In this document: one piece after another, positions 1 to 12,234 of the stretch
Layout: each line of letters starts with the position of its first letter
How positions within the stretch are numbered: position 1 is the first letter of the stretch
From: Albugo candida
Lineage: Eukaryota
Direction: 5' to 3'
DNA length: 64,000 nt
Assembly: GCA_040437565.1 (NCBI GenBank)
Contig: JBDOQK010000004.1
Coordinates: 372,001-436,000, forward strand
Position numbers and translations under genes: made by a program
Notes under the pieces: generated by a model
Told to the model about the DNA's origin: nothing
Databases searched by the model: none
What the model saw: only the letters and a program-made list of their open reading frames with translations

Positions 1-953
1 GTGTGTCGATGCTTTTTTCTCGCAAATGAAATGTCTAGAATCAAAGGATCTTGGGCTTGCCGAGAAATTTCTTGGGATGCGTTGTCATTTTGACGAAACC
101 CATGGATACCAGTTTGATCAAGAAGCCACCATTCGCGAGTTATTACAAAAGCATGGACTCGACAAAACTAATGCTGTGCGATGCCCAATGTGCAGAGAGA
201 ACCTGGAGTAGGCGTGTTACTGCCGGCAAATGGGCCTGGTACATCTGAATACCCAAACATCAAGACATTTCAGTCGCTATTCGGAAGTTTCGTTTGAATT
301 GCTCGCTCTACGCGACCGGACATCTCTTTTGATGTGCACCGCTCGTCTCGACGTGCCCATTTTTCTATGGTCTTTGATTTCAAATTAGCAAAACGTGTCG
401 CTCGGTACTTGGCTGGAAGTCCTGGCCTGAAATGGGCGATGAAGCGCGATGGCAAACCCGGCCTTCCACTCAGAATAGAGTGCTTTCCCGATGCCGATTT
501 TTCTGGAGACAAACAAGATAGAAAGTCTGTCAGCGGTGGCATTGTTCGTATCAACGGAATGGCCGTGGTTGGCACTGCAAGAAGCAAACGGCAGTGGCTT
601 TATCAACTGCTAAGGCGGAATATGTTGCTGCGTCTATTGGCGACAAAGATACTCTTGGACTAAAAGAATTGACTGGTGAGCTCGGTCTTCCAATTACACT
701 TCCGATGTGAACGAATATGGACAGCCAGGCTGCTATCAAACAAGTGGAAAACGAAGGCAGATTAAGCCAGGCAAGCATGTGGATGTACGCCTGAAGTTTA
801 TTGGCGATTACTACCGAAAAGTCGCTATTCAACCGACCTTCGTGACAACGCGCAATATGCTAGCTGACCTCCTGACCATGGCTATTTCAGCGCCTCGGAT
901 TCAAACTTTGGAGCTGCTGTTGATTTCGAGTAGGCGCAAGACCTGGGGAGGAG
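1..953 (+). mobile_element. Degenerate Ty1/copia LTR retrotransposon, RT/RNase H 3' end
   Basis: Frameshifted motifs KDLGLAEKFLGMR, ARSTRPDISF, FPDADFSGDKQDRKSVSGG, KHVDVRLKFI and NMLADLLT; polypurine tract GGGGAGGAG at 945-953. Confidence 0.9.
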
Positions 954-1279
954 TGTTGGAAGATGATGCCTGATCGAGTGAGATCTTGCCGGGTCTTCGG
1001 CCGTCTCGGTGACACCGTCTACCAGCATCTGCTGTTTTGAGTGCAGCAGGTGATAGGCGAGAGCGATTAGGGTGTGAGAAGACGTAGGTACGGAAAAATT
1101 CGGATAATACAGAAGTCTGCTATTAATACTTCTTTGAACCACGCTGTCCTGATTCAATACGCAGCATCCCAGATTTAAAGGCTTGAAGTGTAGAAGCACG
1201 GGATAGTATGTAAGAAGATTCTCGCGGTGCGGACCCGGCGAAGCAGAAGCGCTCCAAAGGAAATGGAACAGCAGCAACA
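954..1279 (+). repeat. Putative 3' LTR of the copia element
   Basis: Begins TGTTGG immediately after the polypurine tract; CAACA at 1275-1279 gives a TGTTG...CAACA terminal inverted repeat. The right boundary is inferred. Confidence 0.55.
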
Positions 1280-1299
1280 GTGAAGGATATAATGCTGGA

Positions 1300-4200
1300 G
1301 CCCTGAATGTAAAGAAAGCTATTCTAGTAAGGATAAAGAGAAGTTCTTCTTTGATGTGGCTGAGATACGGAATTTATTCACACTATTGGACTTCGGATTG
1401 GATTGCAGAATCGTATTCGTAGGATTGATGGGCATCTTCTAATCAAATACACTCGTTCTTTTGAGTCAGAAAACAACGCCAATGAAAATAAATACGATCG
1501 GAAGCACGCCAATATGGTCAAAACGTCGCGTTATTCTGGATTGTGTGGAATTTTCCACGTCTAGTGGACATTTCATCTGTAGAAATTTGGAGGTGATGGT
1601 AAACGAAAAGACAAATTTCTGACATTATTAATCGATGGGGTATCTTCCATTGCCTCAGTCATCACGTGTTAGACCAGCAGAGAGAAACACCCAATGTGAT
1701 ATTCTTTCAGTGCTATTTCGGGAGCAGCGAGACAAATAAGAAAAAAACATGGATCAAAGATAGTACCCTTCGTTTCGTTTGCTAGAATAATGCGACGAAG
1801 CTTGCTATTCCAACGACATCAACGTCTTTGATGAGAAATGTTATGGATCGAAAACAGTATCCGTTTGACAAAAAATTCGTTGATGAGCGAAAACTCAGAT
1901 GATGTTATTGGAGTGGTCAAGGCTGAGGATCAAAGGGATGCTGTTAATGGAAATTCTCGTGCCAAAATTCCAAGAAGCAAAAGAAAAGTCACAAAATGGA
2001 GTATCAATTTCTCGAGTGGCGTCATCACTCTACCGGTATCAGAATTNNNNNNNNNNNNNNNNNNNNNNNNNNNNNNNNNNNNNNNNNNNNNNNNNNNNNN
2101 NNNNNNNNNNNNNNNNNNNNNNNNNNNNNNNNNNNNNNNNNNNNNNAAATTCGTTGATGAGCGAAAACTCAGATGATGTTATTGGAGTGGTCAAGGCTGA
2201 GGATCAAAGGGATGCTGTTAATGGAAATTCTCGTGCCAAAATTCCAAGAAGCAAAAGAAAAGTCACAAAATGGAGTATCAATTTCTCGAGTGGCGTCATC
2301 ACTCTACCGGTATCAGAATTGTTTTAGGAACAAATTCTCAGTGGCCCCAACCTCAAGGTCCCTCCACTTGAGATGCAGATAAAGCAAAGGGAATGAGCCG
2401 ATGATGGCGAGATACAGACGCTATCCACCGTTCGACCTAGATCTTCAGAATACAATCCGATTGATTAAAATACCGACTCATGAAGGGGTAGCGCGTCTCG
2501 GATCGTTCAGAATAGCACTTTGGAAGCTATATAATGACGATGGATCTACGTGCAGTAAACGNNNNNNNNNNNNNNNNNNNNNNNNNNNNNNNNNNNNNNN
2601 NNNNNNNNNNNNNNNNNNNNNNNNNNNNNNNNNNNNNNNNNNNNNNNNNNNNNNNNNNNNNGAAACTGTGTGATGCGGAAAAAAGATCCCGGGAAAACGA
2701 TAGATTCATTATTTCGACCGAATTTCGGAATAATGCGAAATGGGACGACCATTCACTGCTGCGGATCTTAAGAAATTGTTTTGCGCGGTAAATTGAATGC
2801 GAACAATATACCAAACAACCCGGAGCTGGTGCAGACCCTTTATGATTTGTTCATAAAGCCATGCAATTGGCGGGAAGGAGAAAGATAAGAAATCTGGTGC
2901 GAGTCCGATTAGATGAACATGAAGGTCGTTCAAAGAGCGACTTTCGTAGCTGTGGAGACATGTAAACGATTGGAATCTTTTTTACTGAGAGCGAAAGGCT
3001 ACTATCTTTCACTGATCACCGTAATTTTAGAATCATTCTTGAATCGAGAAAGGTGACACCGCCATTTCGAGATAGAAAACAGACAAGTTTTGAACATGAG
3101 GCATGGTCTTGCACACTTTCGTTATGTGATTCGATATGGATCCGGTGTAAATTGTCTGGAGATATATTTTATCCTTTGGCGATCTGCAAATAAATTTCTG
3201 GGATAAAAAGAGACCAAATGTTATGCTTTTGTTGTTGAAAAATAGAAAAAGTATCGTCTTTGAAAAATATAATTCTGCTCGACATGTATTACTTCGATAG
3301 CTAAAGCTGCTTACCGCTATTTTGTCTTGCATGACATTCCCACCAACCTGAGTCGAGGTGGTTTGAGACACTTTCCCTTCTTTCCATCTTCTAACCGATC
3401 CGATGTCTCCAACCACCTCAACTCAGGTTCCAGGAAGCATTGTGCAAATCAAAATAACGGTAATGATCTTATCTTTTGAATGAAATTGGCTTCCTAAAAT
3501 GTTTTCTCAAGAAAAAAGCCCTCAGTAAAAAACTCATTAACGTAAGATTAAACGCGCGGTATATTAGTAGATGAAAAAAAAATAATATTTAGAAAATAGA
3601 TAGTGCCCCTAATGTCCAGGATCGACTTTGTATTTTGGCTTAAGCGGGATCAGTAGGTCATCGGGGTACCGCGACGATATTTCAGATTTTGCAAAATAAT
3701 TTAAACTGGAAATCCAATATCTCCACTGTCTTTTTTTCCCGGTGAAAAAGATGCCTTCACTCGATTGGGAAAACCTTGAGAGCCACCCAATGGAAGGAAT
3801 CTTGAAAGTCTCGTTTTTTTATTCCCCCAGTTGTTGGATAGTATCGTTATGTGCTCGTAGAAGATAGAATGAGCGGAATTTGTGAGGTTTCTCTCTGTGG
3901 TGGATAATACGAATGTCGCCGGGGCAGAGAAACTGGATTAATTCAGTAGGTTTCGCCCGGTATCAGTCTTGGTGTCCGACGGGGGTCATAGCTCAAGAAT
4001 GAAGTCATGTCGAAGATTTTGAAGATTCTAGACACAAATCATCGTTTTCCTACGACTTATTGGACGTGGGCAATAAGGTGATCAAAATACTCAACCGTCA
4101 AGTACTAAAGACAACGCGATATATTTCGAGCGAGAAAAAGTTAATTATTGCAGAATGGCCGAGTTTGTTGCCACTTTAATAAAGGTCATTATATCAGCTA

Positions 4201-4760
4201 CCATCAGCTTGGCTGAATGGGTACGCACCGATAACGGATTTACGGCACTTCCAGCAGGAGATTCGATCAGCGTGTTGTATCATCCGATGCATGGGTTAAT
4301 TTGGTGTCTATGACCGCGCTGGAATTAACTACAAGACAGCAAGGCCTTATTAAAAGCGTTCAAGAAATACTGGAACATGAGCATCATGCCTCACTTGATG
4401 TACAAAGAAAAAAGGAAGCAGTAAGAAGCCACCACGGAAATAAAACGTGTGTCATATGTACCCATTGGAGGGATGGATGGGGGGGGGGTTGTCCCATCCG
4501 GCCACATTATCGAGCACGCAGACAAATCGCTTTACGGTAGTGACCCCACGAAGTGGTGCCTACATCGAGCGATTGGGTGTATAAAAATTCAGAAATTAGT
4601 GGAGTCCTGCGGTGTTCATGCGCGTCTCGCATCACTTATACGCATTTATCGAGAAAGAATTCGAAGGCTACTCAGAATTTAAGGGCTCATATTGTTTTCG
4701 AGAATGCCGACCATCAAATGAAATGATTCTTGAATTGCCACATGACACACCGACATGAAA
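1300..4760 (+). mobile_element. Highly degenerate Ty3/gypsy pol remnant (RNase H, integrase)
   Basis: VETCKRLESFLL and FTDHRN (RNase H, about 2950-3030); SVLVSDGG, NHRFPTTYWTWA and EWPSLLP (integrase core, about 3960-4175); many stops and frameshifts; boundaries approximate. Confidence 0.75.
3311..3463. repeat. 60-bp imperfect inverted repeat (arms 3311-3370 and 3404-3463, 33-nt loop)
   Basis: The left arm matches the reverse complement of the right arm at 46/60 positions without gaps (hand count). Confidence 0.85.
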
Positions 4761-4899
4761 GATTCTGGTCGAATGGATCATCCTGGATAGCCACTGCAAT
4801 CATTTATGAAGATGTCTCAATCCTACTGCCGAGATGCTTCATACACAATACCATAGCTGAAGTGATTTAACGTTCTATTGTACTTGAAGCCCAACATAA

Positions 4900-7600
4900 G
4901 AGGGAGAGGTGATGTGATCTAAAACCCTTGTGTCCCGTACACATCACAAATTGTTTAACGGCTACTACGTAACGCTCCAATTGGGTAGAAATAGCTTTAT
5001 ACCTTTTCAACCTTTTCCAAAATTTTACTCGCCAGCAGAATTGTTCAAGTCGACATATGACAAAACCCGGTATCTAGCGTCTACTTGTAGGGACGCGGTA
5101 ACCCTCATGAGTAATCCTGCCTTGGGTGACTATATGATTGTTGATGATTCATCACCCCTCTGTGATGAAGTTGAAAATACCCCCACCTCCAGTTTGACGG
5201 TTCAGGGTGGTAAGGTGGTACCTGTGGTGCTGTCACTGCCTCGTCACCAAGGCAACTACAAGCTTGAACGACATGAAATGTACCGCTTTGGCAGACCATA
5301 TTAAGTCGCAGAACCCTTACGTAAGGACAAGGATAGAGCTTGAGTGCATTACTGCGAGGAGCTCTCAAAGCCGAAAGCATTGTATATTGCAGCAATATCT
5401 GAACTTTATGATGGAGAGCATCCGGAGTGATCTGCTGTTTTTGCAAATTTTGAGACAGCAAGGCCTTACAAAATTGCGAAAGGAATTTTCACAATGATTT
5501 TGAAAACGGGTCAAGCTTTGACCCTCATCACGAATGTGAAATCACTTACATCCCTCCTCCGGGACCAAGGCAAACCGATGTTTGAGTCTCTTTTAGCTAG
5601 TCNNNNNNNNNNNNNNNNNNNNNNNNNNNNNNNNNNNNNNNNNNNNNNNNNNNNNNNNNNNNNNNNNNNNNNNNNNNNNNNNNNNNNNNNNNNNNNNNNN
5701 NNTTGAGACAGCAAGGCCTTACAAAATTGCGAAAGGAATTTTCACAATGATTTTGAAAACGGGTCAAGCTTTGACCCTCATCACGAATGTGAAATCACTT
5801 ACATCCCTCCTCCGGGACCAAGGCAAACCGATGTTTGAGTCTCTTTTAGCTAGTCTTCAGATTGGACAGGTGTCTAAATTTCCACAAAAAATTCTCGTGT
5901 GATGGTCTCGTCCATTGACGTATGTGAGAAACTGAATGCTAGTCAGTCATCCTTCTGCGTAAAAAGTACTTCTTCAAAGGGTACGACACCCTCGAAAGCC
6001 GATACTATCTGGATGTATCCGGTCTCGCTCTTGAGGTCAAAAGGAAAGGTATCTCTTTCTCGATAACTTCCGATTCTTTTAAAGGAGTCGATGTGAAAAA
6101 ATTTACTCTGCCCAGGTGCCCAGAAGTATTGGTGCGTGTTGCGAAGACATGCGAGCAAATCGCATTGCTCTTCCCTGTGAGGGGCATTAATGCTCCGATT
6201 ATGAGAGAGCGACCAAGTTTCTTCCATAGTGGGCCATATTGTTTGGATCTGGGGCCACTGCTACTCCCTCAGCTGCACGTCAAAAACCAAAGAAGCAAAA
6301 AACAAAATTGACACCTGTGGTAACCTACAAAACGATCAATATACAGTCGAACGAAAAATATCCGACCAAGTATCGTTGATGTTCAGCTCTCTTCCACATA
6401 TCCCACCACTGGGAACACCACAACTCCCGCAAATATCCCTTCCACTATGACAATTCGAGGACAAACCGTCTCTACAAGGACTAACAGATCCCGTAGAGTG
6501 GTATGGGGGTATATTCATGCATGTGGTTCGTTCATGTGGAAAACATTACCATGTGAAGCCATCAGACACATGATGGCGAAAGCACGACGAAGTGCTTTAA
6601 CTGGCATGGGCGATAAAAATAATTTCTCTGTTCTTGNNNNNNNNNNNNNNNNNNNNNNNNNNNNNNNNNNNNNNNNNNNNNNNNNNNNNNNNNNNNNNNN
6701 NNNNNNNNNNNNNNNNNNNNNNNNNNNNNNNNNNNNACAGGAACCAAGTCGATTAGCGTGTTTGGAATGGCTTTCGCAGTTGGATGTGGTAGACGCTTGA
6801 TAAATTCAACATTCGACCGGAAAAATATTTACAGGACCTTTACCGCGCAAGTATCGACTAGAGTACATTTGAAAGTTGGAAGAGCTATTTAATATGATAT
6901 GCAAAACCTCTGAATATTTCCGTCCACGACATGCGGGAGATCATTCGGCACAAAAAGTATCTTTTGCGATAATATACGGGACGAGGAAATCGTCAATGTT
7001 CATTACGACTATCTGGCTATGCTCAAGTTGTCAAAGCAATCAAATTGGAAGCGAATTTAATGTTCGAACAGTTGCGGACAACCTCGAATCCCAGGAAAAT
7101 GCGGGAAAGCTGGAAGACAAAAACCAGGAAACAGCTTCAAGAAATTGACAACAACATTTGGCAGGATAGCTGACGTGATGTTGCATCTAGCCAGCGTGTC
7201 ATGGAAGGTGAGCGTCTCGATATCGTACTGAACACACCAATCCGTCAAGTAATTTCTAAATTCTAGTATCGAGCAATTTAGAAGTTCGGTCGAAAACATT
7301 GCTAAACACAGCCAAGACGAGAATTTCGATCATCAGTGAAGCATAAGAAGAACTCATTCAAGCATTATTTTCGCCCTCCAGATAGTTCTTGTCGTCACGT
7401 GCCGATCGAAAATGTCACCAAACAATGTGGCACCGTGATATCGAACCCGAGGGAGATTATCGATGGATTCAGGGATTATTGGGGTGGTTTCATGGGCTCT
7501 TTTTATCGCTCCGAGACCGACACAAAAAATTACCGAAATCGACTCAAGATCCATTCAAATTCTTCTTCAAGTTCTTCGAATCGAGAAGATATTTTGTCAT
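4900..7600 (+). mobile_element. Degenerate non-LTR retrotransposon (LINE) remnant: ORF1-like region plus APE endonuclease
   Basis: LDVVDA**IQHSTGKIFTGPLPRKYRLEYI and HAGDH resemble the APE endonuclease C-terminal motifs (DAWR..HP..FT..RLDYI, SDH); FRDYWGG linker follows; 5' boundary uncertain. Confidence 0.65.
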
Positions 7601-7649
7601 CAGACTAAATGTCATTTCGACAGTCGGAGGTGACGTTTCTTGGCCATGG

Positions 7650-10600
7650 AATTTCGGTTAAAGCAGTCACCGTGGACAGCCGCAAGACCGAAGTCATTGC
7701 AAAATGGACGACACCTACCAGCCAGACACAACTATTAGTTGCCTGGGTATGACTTGTTATCATCTTTGATCTATTCGTGAATACAGAACTCTCGCAATCT
7801 AACTTGGTTACCTCGTCAAGAAAGATCATGTTCATGCGTTTGAGTACCTTAACTTATGTCCGTTCCTCTGGACGCGCCTGTGTTGAATTTACCACAATGT
7901 GACAAACGTTTGATGGTGGCAACGGATGCCTATGGCTATTGCGTTGATGGTGTTCTTTCTCGACACCGCTCTGATTGCGATCATCCTTTTGCTTACTTTC
8001 CCAAGAAAATGGCAATTCCTGAGCTTACTTGCCCGACAAATGAGAGGGGAACGTTTTGCAGTTAAGCTTGCATTGTCAAAATGGCATTCATGGGCGTGAA
8101 CTTGACATCTACACCGCCAAACCTGCATACAGACAATTTTTGCATCATCCGAAAGTTTATCCGAAGCTGGATTGGTTTCTGACGCTCTTTCCACATCTAT
8201 CATCCAAGCTGCATCACGTTTAAGGTCATTTAATGTGGTTGCCGATTCTTAATCCCATCACCCTCCAGAGGTGTCAATGCAACCAGCGTCTACGCAACAG
8301 TGCATTGTTCACGATCTCACAAGTTTATCAATTGTAGTCGTGAATGACGCTGTCTCTAATTAAACTTCTCGTTCATCATCTCGCTTTAAGTTGTTTGAAA
8401 AGAAGTATGTTACTAGCGACTCTAATCATGATGACTTTGAGCTGACCGACGCCGATGAATTCGTACTATTACGAACTTCGCGTTTTATAAGCACCACGAA
8501 TCCTTGTGCTGTTGCGTTTTAAAGGCTACTATCAGTACCAGAATTGCACCTCGGTTATGGATATGGAACTTCTCCAGATTCTGCTTNNNNNNNNNNNNNN
8601 NNNNNNNNNNNNNNNNNNNNNNNNNNNNNNNNNNNNNNNNNNNNNNNNNNNNNNNNNNNNNNNNNNNNNNNNNNNNNNNNNNNNNNTGTTACTAGCGACT
8701 CTAATCATGATGACTTTGAGCTGATCGACGCCGATGAATTCGTACTATTACGAACTTCGCGTTTTATAAGCACCACGAATCCTTGTGCTGTTGCGTTTTA
8801 AAGGCTACTATCAGTACCAGAATTGCACCTCGGTTATGGATATGGAACTTCTCCAGATTCTGCTTGAGAAATTAAGCATCCAAAATTACTATACGTGAAA
8901 CCGGAAGGTTTGCTTTACTTCATGTCGCAAATGACGATGCGCGTGTGTGAGTTAAACACCAAAGAGAATTACCTTCGAGCTTTTCTCATATCAGGCTTTT
9001 ATGATTCCTTCATTGCCTCGTTCGTGGTGCTCAGCGCAAATTTTTACGCATCGCTCTATGGAATCATTGGCCAACATTAGATTAAGACATTCGAGACTAC
9101 ATATAAACTTGCGTAACATGCATTCACTAGAAAAACAGCAGCGCTAGCAAGAATGGGCAAATGATTCAGTTGATAAAGTTTTTTTATCTAAAATTTCATT
9201 TATTCTGATACCGGTTCCAGAAGAAAGCTGGTCTGTTGTCGCTACAGATTTCATTACGGCGTTAACAAAAATCAAACGGAATTGATGCTAACATGAAGGT
9301 TGTCGATAAAGTGTCAAATGATCAAAATATCAAGCGTGCGACCGCAATGATGATGCTCAAATGATGGTTTGTCACATCTTTGACTGTGTCGTTCGTCATC
9401 ATGGTNNNNNNNNNNNNNNNNNNNNNNNNNNNNNNNNNNNNNNNNNNNNNNNNNNNNNNNNNNNNNNNNNNNNNNNNNNNNNNNNNNNNNNNNNNNNNNN
9501 NNNNNACAGATTTCATTACGGCGTTAACAAAAATCAAACGGAATTGATGCTAACATGAAGGTTGTCGATAAAGTGTCAAATGATCAAAATATCAAGCGTG
9601 CGACCGCAATGATGATGCTCAAATGATGGTTTGTCACATCTTTGACTGTGTCGTTCGTCATCATGGTCTAAAATTGATTATCATCAGCTATCAAGATCCA
9701 AGTTTGTTTCAACGTTCTGGTCATCTCTTGCTAGATTAATGTGAATTTATCTACACATGACGAATTCTTATCGGGCAACAACCGTTGGACAAACGGAGAG
9801 TTTAAAAAATAATAATTTGAGAAGACGCTATACGCTGTATGGTTTCGTATCATGGACGTTATTGGTATGATCATCTCGGAAAAATTGATTCTGCTCATGT
9901 TACTCGCATTATTGCATCAGCTGGTTTCTCTTATTTTGAAATTGGTAGTGTTGTACGTAAGAGACACTTGTATCTGCGCATGCGCACTGTGATGGTGCTC
10001 AGTTCTCCCTAGTTCTTGTTTCTCACGCCATAATCGCTATTGGTTTCCGGAACGGTCTCATTCTTATCAATTTCTCGTCTATCCTAATCAGTGACTAACT
10101 ACGAAATATTTGATTTAGCCTCAATATTGTCATAAAAGTACTAGGACAAAACACGGACTGCTAATACTTCCAAGTCTGGAGATTTGATTATGCTGGATAC
10201 TAGAAGTATTCCTTCTATACATATGGCAGAAGAAATTGATCAGAAACGTTCGACATTAGCTGCTCACAATGTTGATCCATTTCGAGTCATTAAAATGTTC
10301 AACACGAATGATGCACAGTTGAACCTTCTTCGGACCATGAGGCGTTTGATGTCTAAGTTAGTATTGATAGTATTGACGCGTTGAGTAACTATGTTGAAAA
10401 CCAATCATGTTTTTAGACGCGTTCGACTTTGAAATCATCCCGAGTAACTTTGACGGGGACAATGACGACACGGTATACACCAGTTTTATCCACTTCCTCC
10501 CCAACATATCCATCTACCTTAGAAATCCCGGCTGATTACCTTTTGGAACATCCTAAAAAGCTTCTTCGAAAGCTCCCAATCGCTAACCTAAATTGCTCGT

Positions 10601-10730
10601 GAAGTGTCATGGACTAACCCACTATAAAACTACATGGAATTGCGAGCAAGATATTCGTCTTGTTACTCGTTGGCATGTTCTCATCACCGCTTTCGTGACG
10701 CAGCTTCAATATGTCAAGTCCAAGCGGATG
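7650..10730 (+). mobile_element. Degenerate chromodomain-bearing Ty3/gypsy element (RNase H, integrase, chromodomain)
   Basis: APVLNLP..MVATDAYGYCVDGVLS..HPFAYFPKK (RNase H); PEESWSVVATDFITAL and GQTE (integrase); GDLIMLDT..DPFRVIK (GPY/F-like); LVKCHGL..KTTW (chromodomain-like). Confidence 0.8.
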
Positions 10731-11032
10731 AAACATCCTAGAAGGTCTCATATGGCTTTCAACATGCCAGCATTGGCTCAGCCAATGTTTGTCAGAGCAT
10801 CTTTCATTTCTCTACTTGCATTCTGTCATAGTTCTATATGGTTGGAAAACAGGACTAGCAAATCTGACAGGTGACCCAGGAATCTCTGATTTAGTGCCAC
10901 ACTTCCATCTTTCTTTGAAAGCTCCGATCCCCTATAATGTACGCCTGTACGTTCCGTGAAGTCGTTGACTTCCCCTCGTTCCTATAAATTTATAGTCGTT
11001 ATGACTTACTGGATACCCCCTCGTAGTTAAGA

Positions 11033-11521
11033 TGTTGTTGTTTTAGTTGGTAAAATGGAAAGTGAATAATTTAGGGTCCTTAGTTGTTGTTACTATTCTA
11101 AGCCCTAGTCTTTACGCATTGTCTTATAAGCTCCGCTGTATCAATCTTGATTGGTGGAATATGATGCACTGTCTTTACATTGTTTCTTAACCTCGAATTT
11201 CAGCATCCGATTGGCGGGATCCTTTTCCGATCTTATGATTGGCTGATGCCATTGCGACAGTCCCCCTCGACGCGCAATGCCTGACATTTGATTTCCGTAT
11301 CAATTGTCGGAATTGTTTCGTCGAAATGACCTTCGTTAGAAAATCGGCCAATTGATCGTTTGATTCGATATACTTGATTTCTACGTTGCCTTGTATAACT
11401 TGTTCTCGAATCAGGTGATATCTTATGTCGATATGCTTCGCACGACTCTGATATCCATTATTGATTGAATTGCTATTGCACTCTGATGTCTTCATATACG
11501 ATAGTGCTGGCTATATCCCGT
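11033..11521 (-). mobile_element. Ty1/copia 3' end (RNase H, polypurine tract, start of 3' LTR)
   Basis: RAKHIDIRYHLIREQV..QLADFLTK; on the minus strand GAGGGGGAC is followed by TGTCG at 11259. The distal LTR end is uncertain. Confidence 0.85.
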
Positions 11522-11621
11522 NNNNNNNNNNNNNNNNNNNNNNNNNNNNNNNNNNNNNNNNNNNNNNNNNNNNNNNNNNNNNNNNNNNNNNNNNNNNNNN
11601 NNNNNNNNNNNNNNNNNNNNN

Positions 11622-12120
<499 letters not shown>

Positions 12121-12234
12121 TGTTCGTCAACTTTTCTCGATAAACCCTGGCAGCAACTCTTCAAGATTTACGCTCATAGAATGGAATTTGCATCGGCATA
12201 TTGTGACATACTTTTTTGTCAGTGTGATAATATC

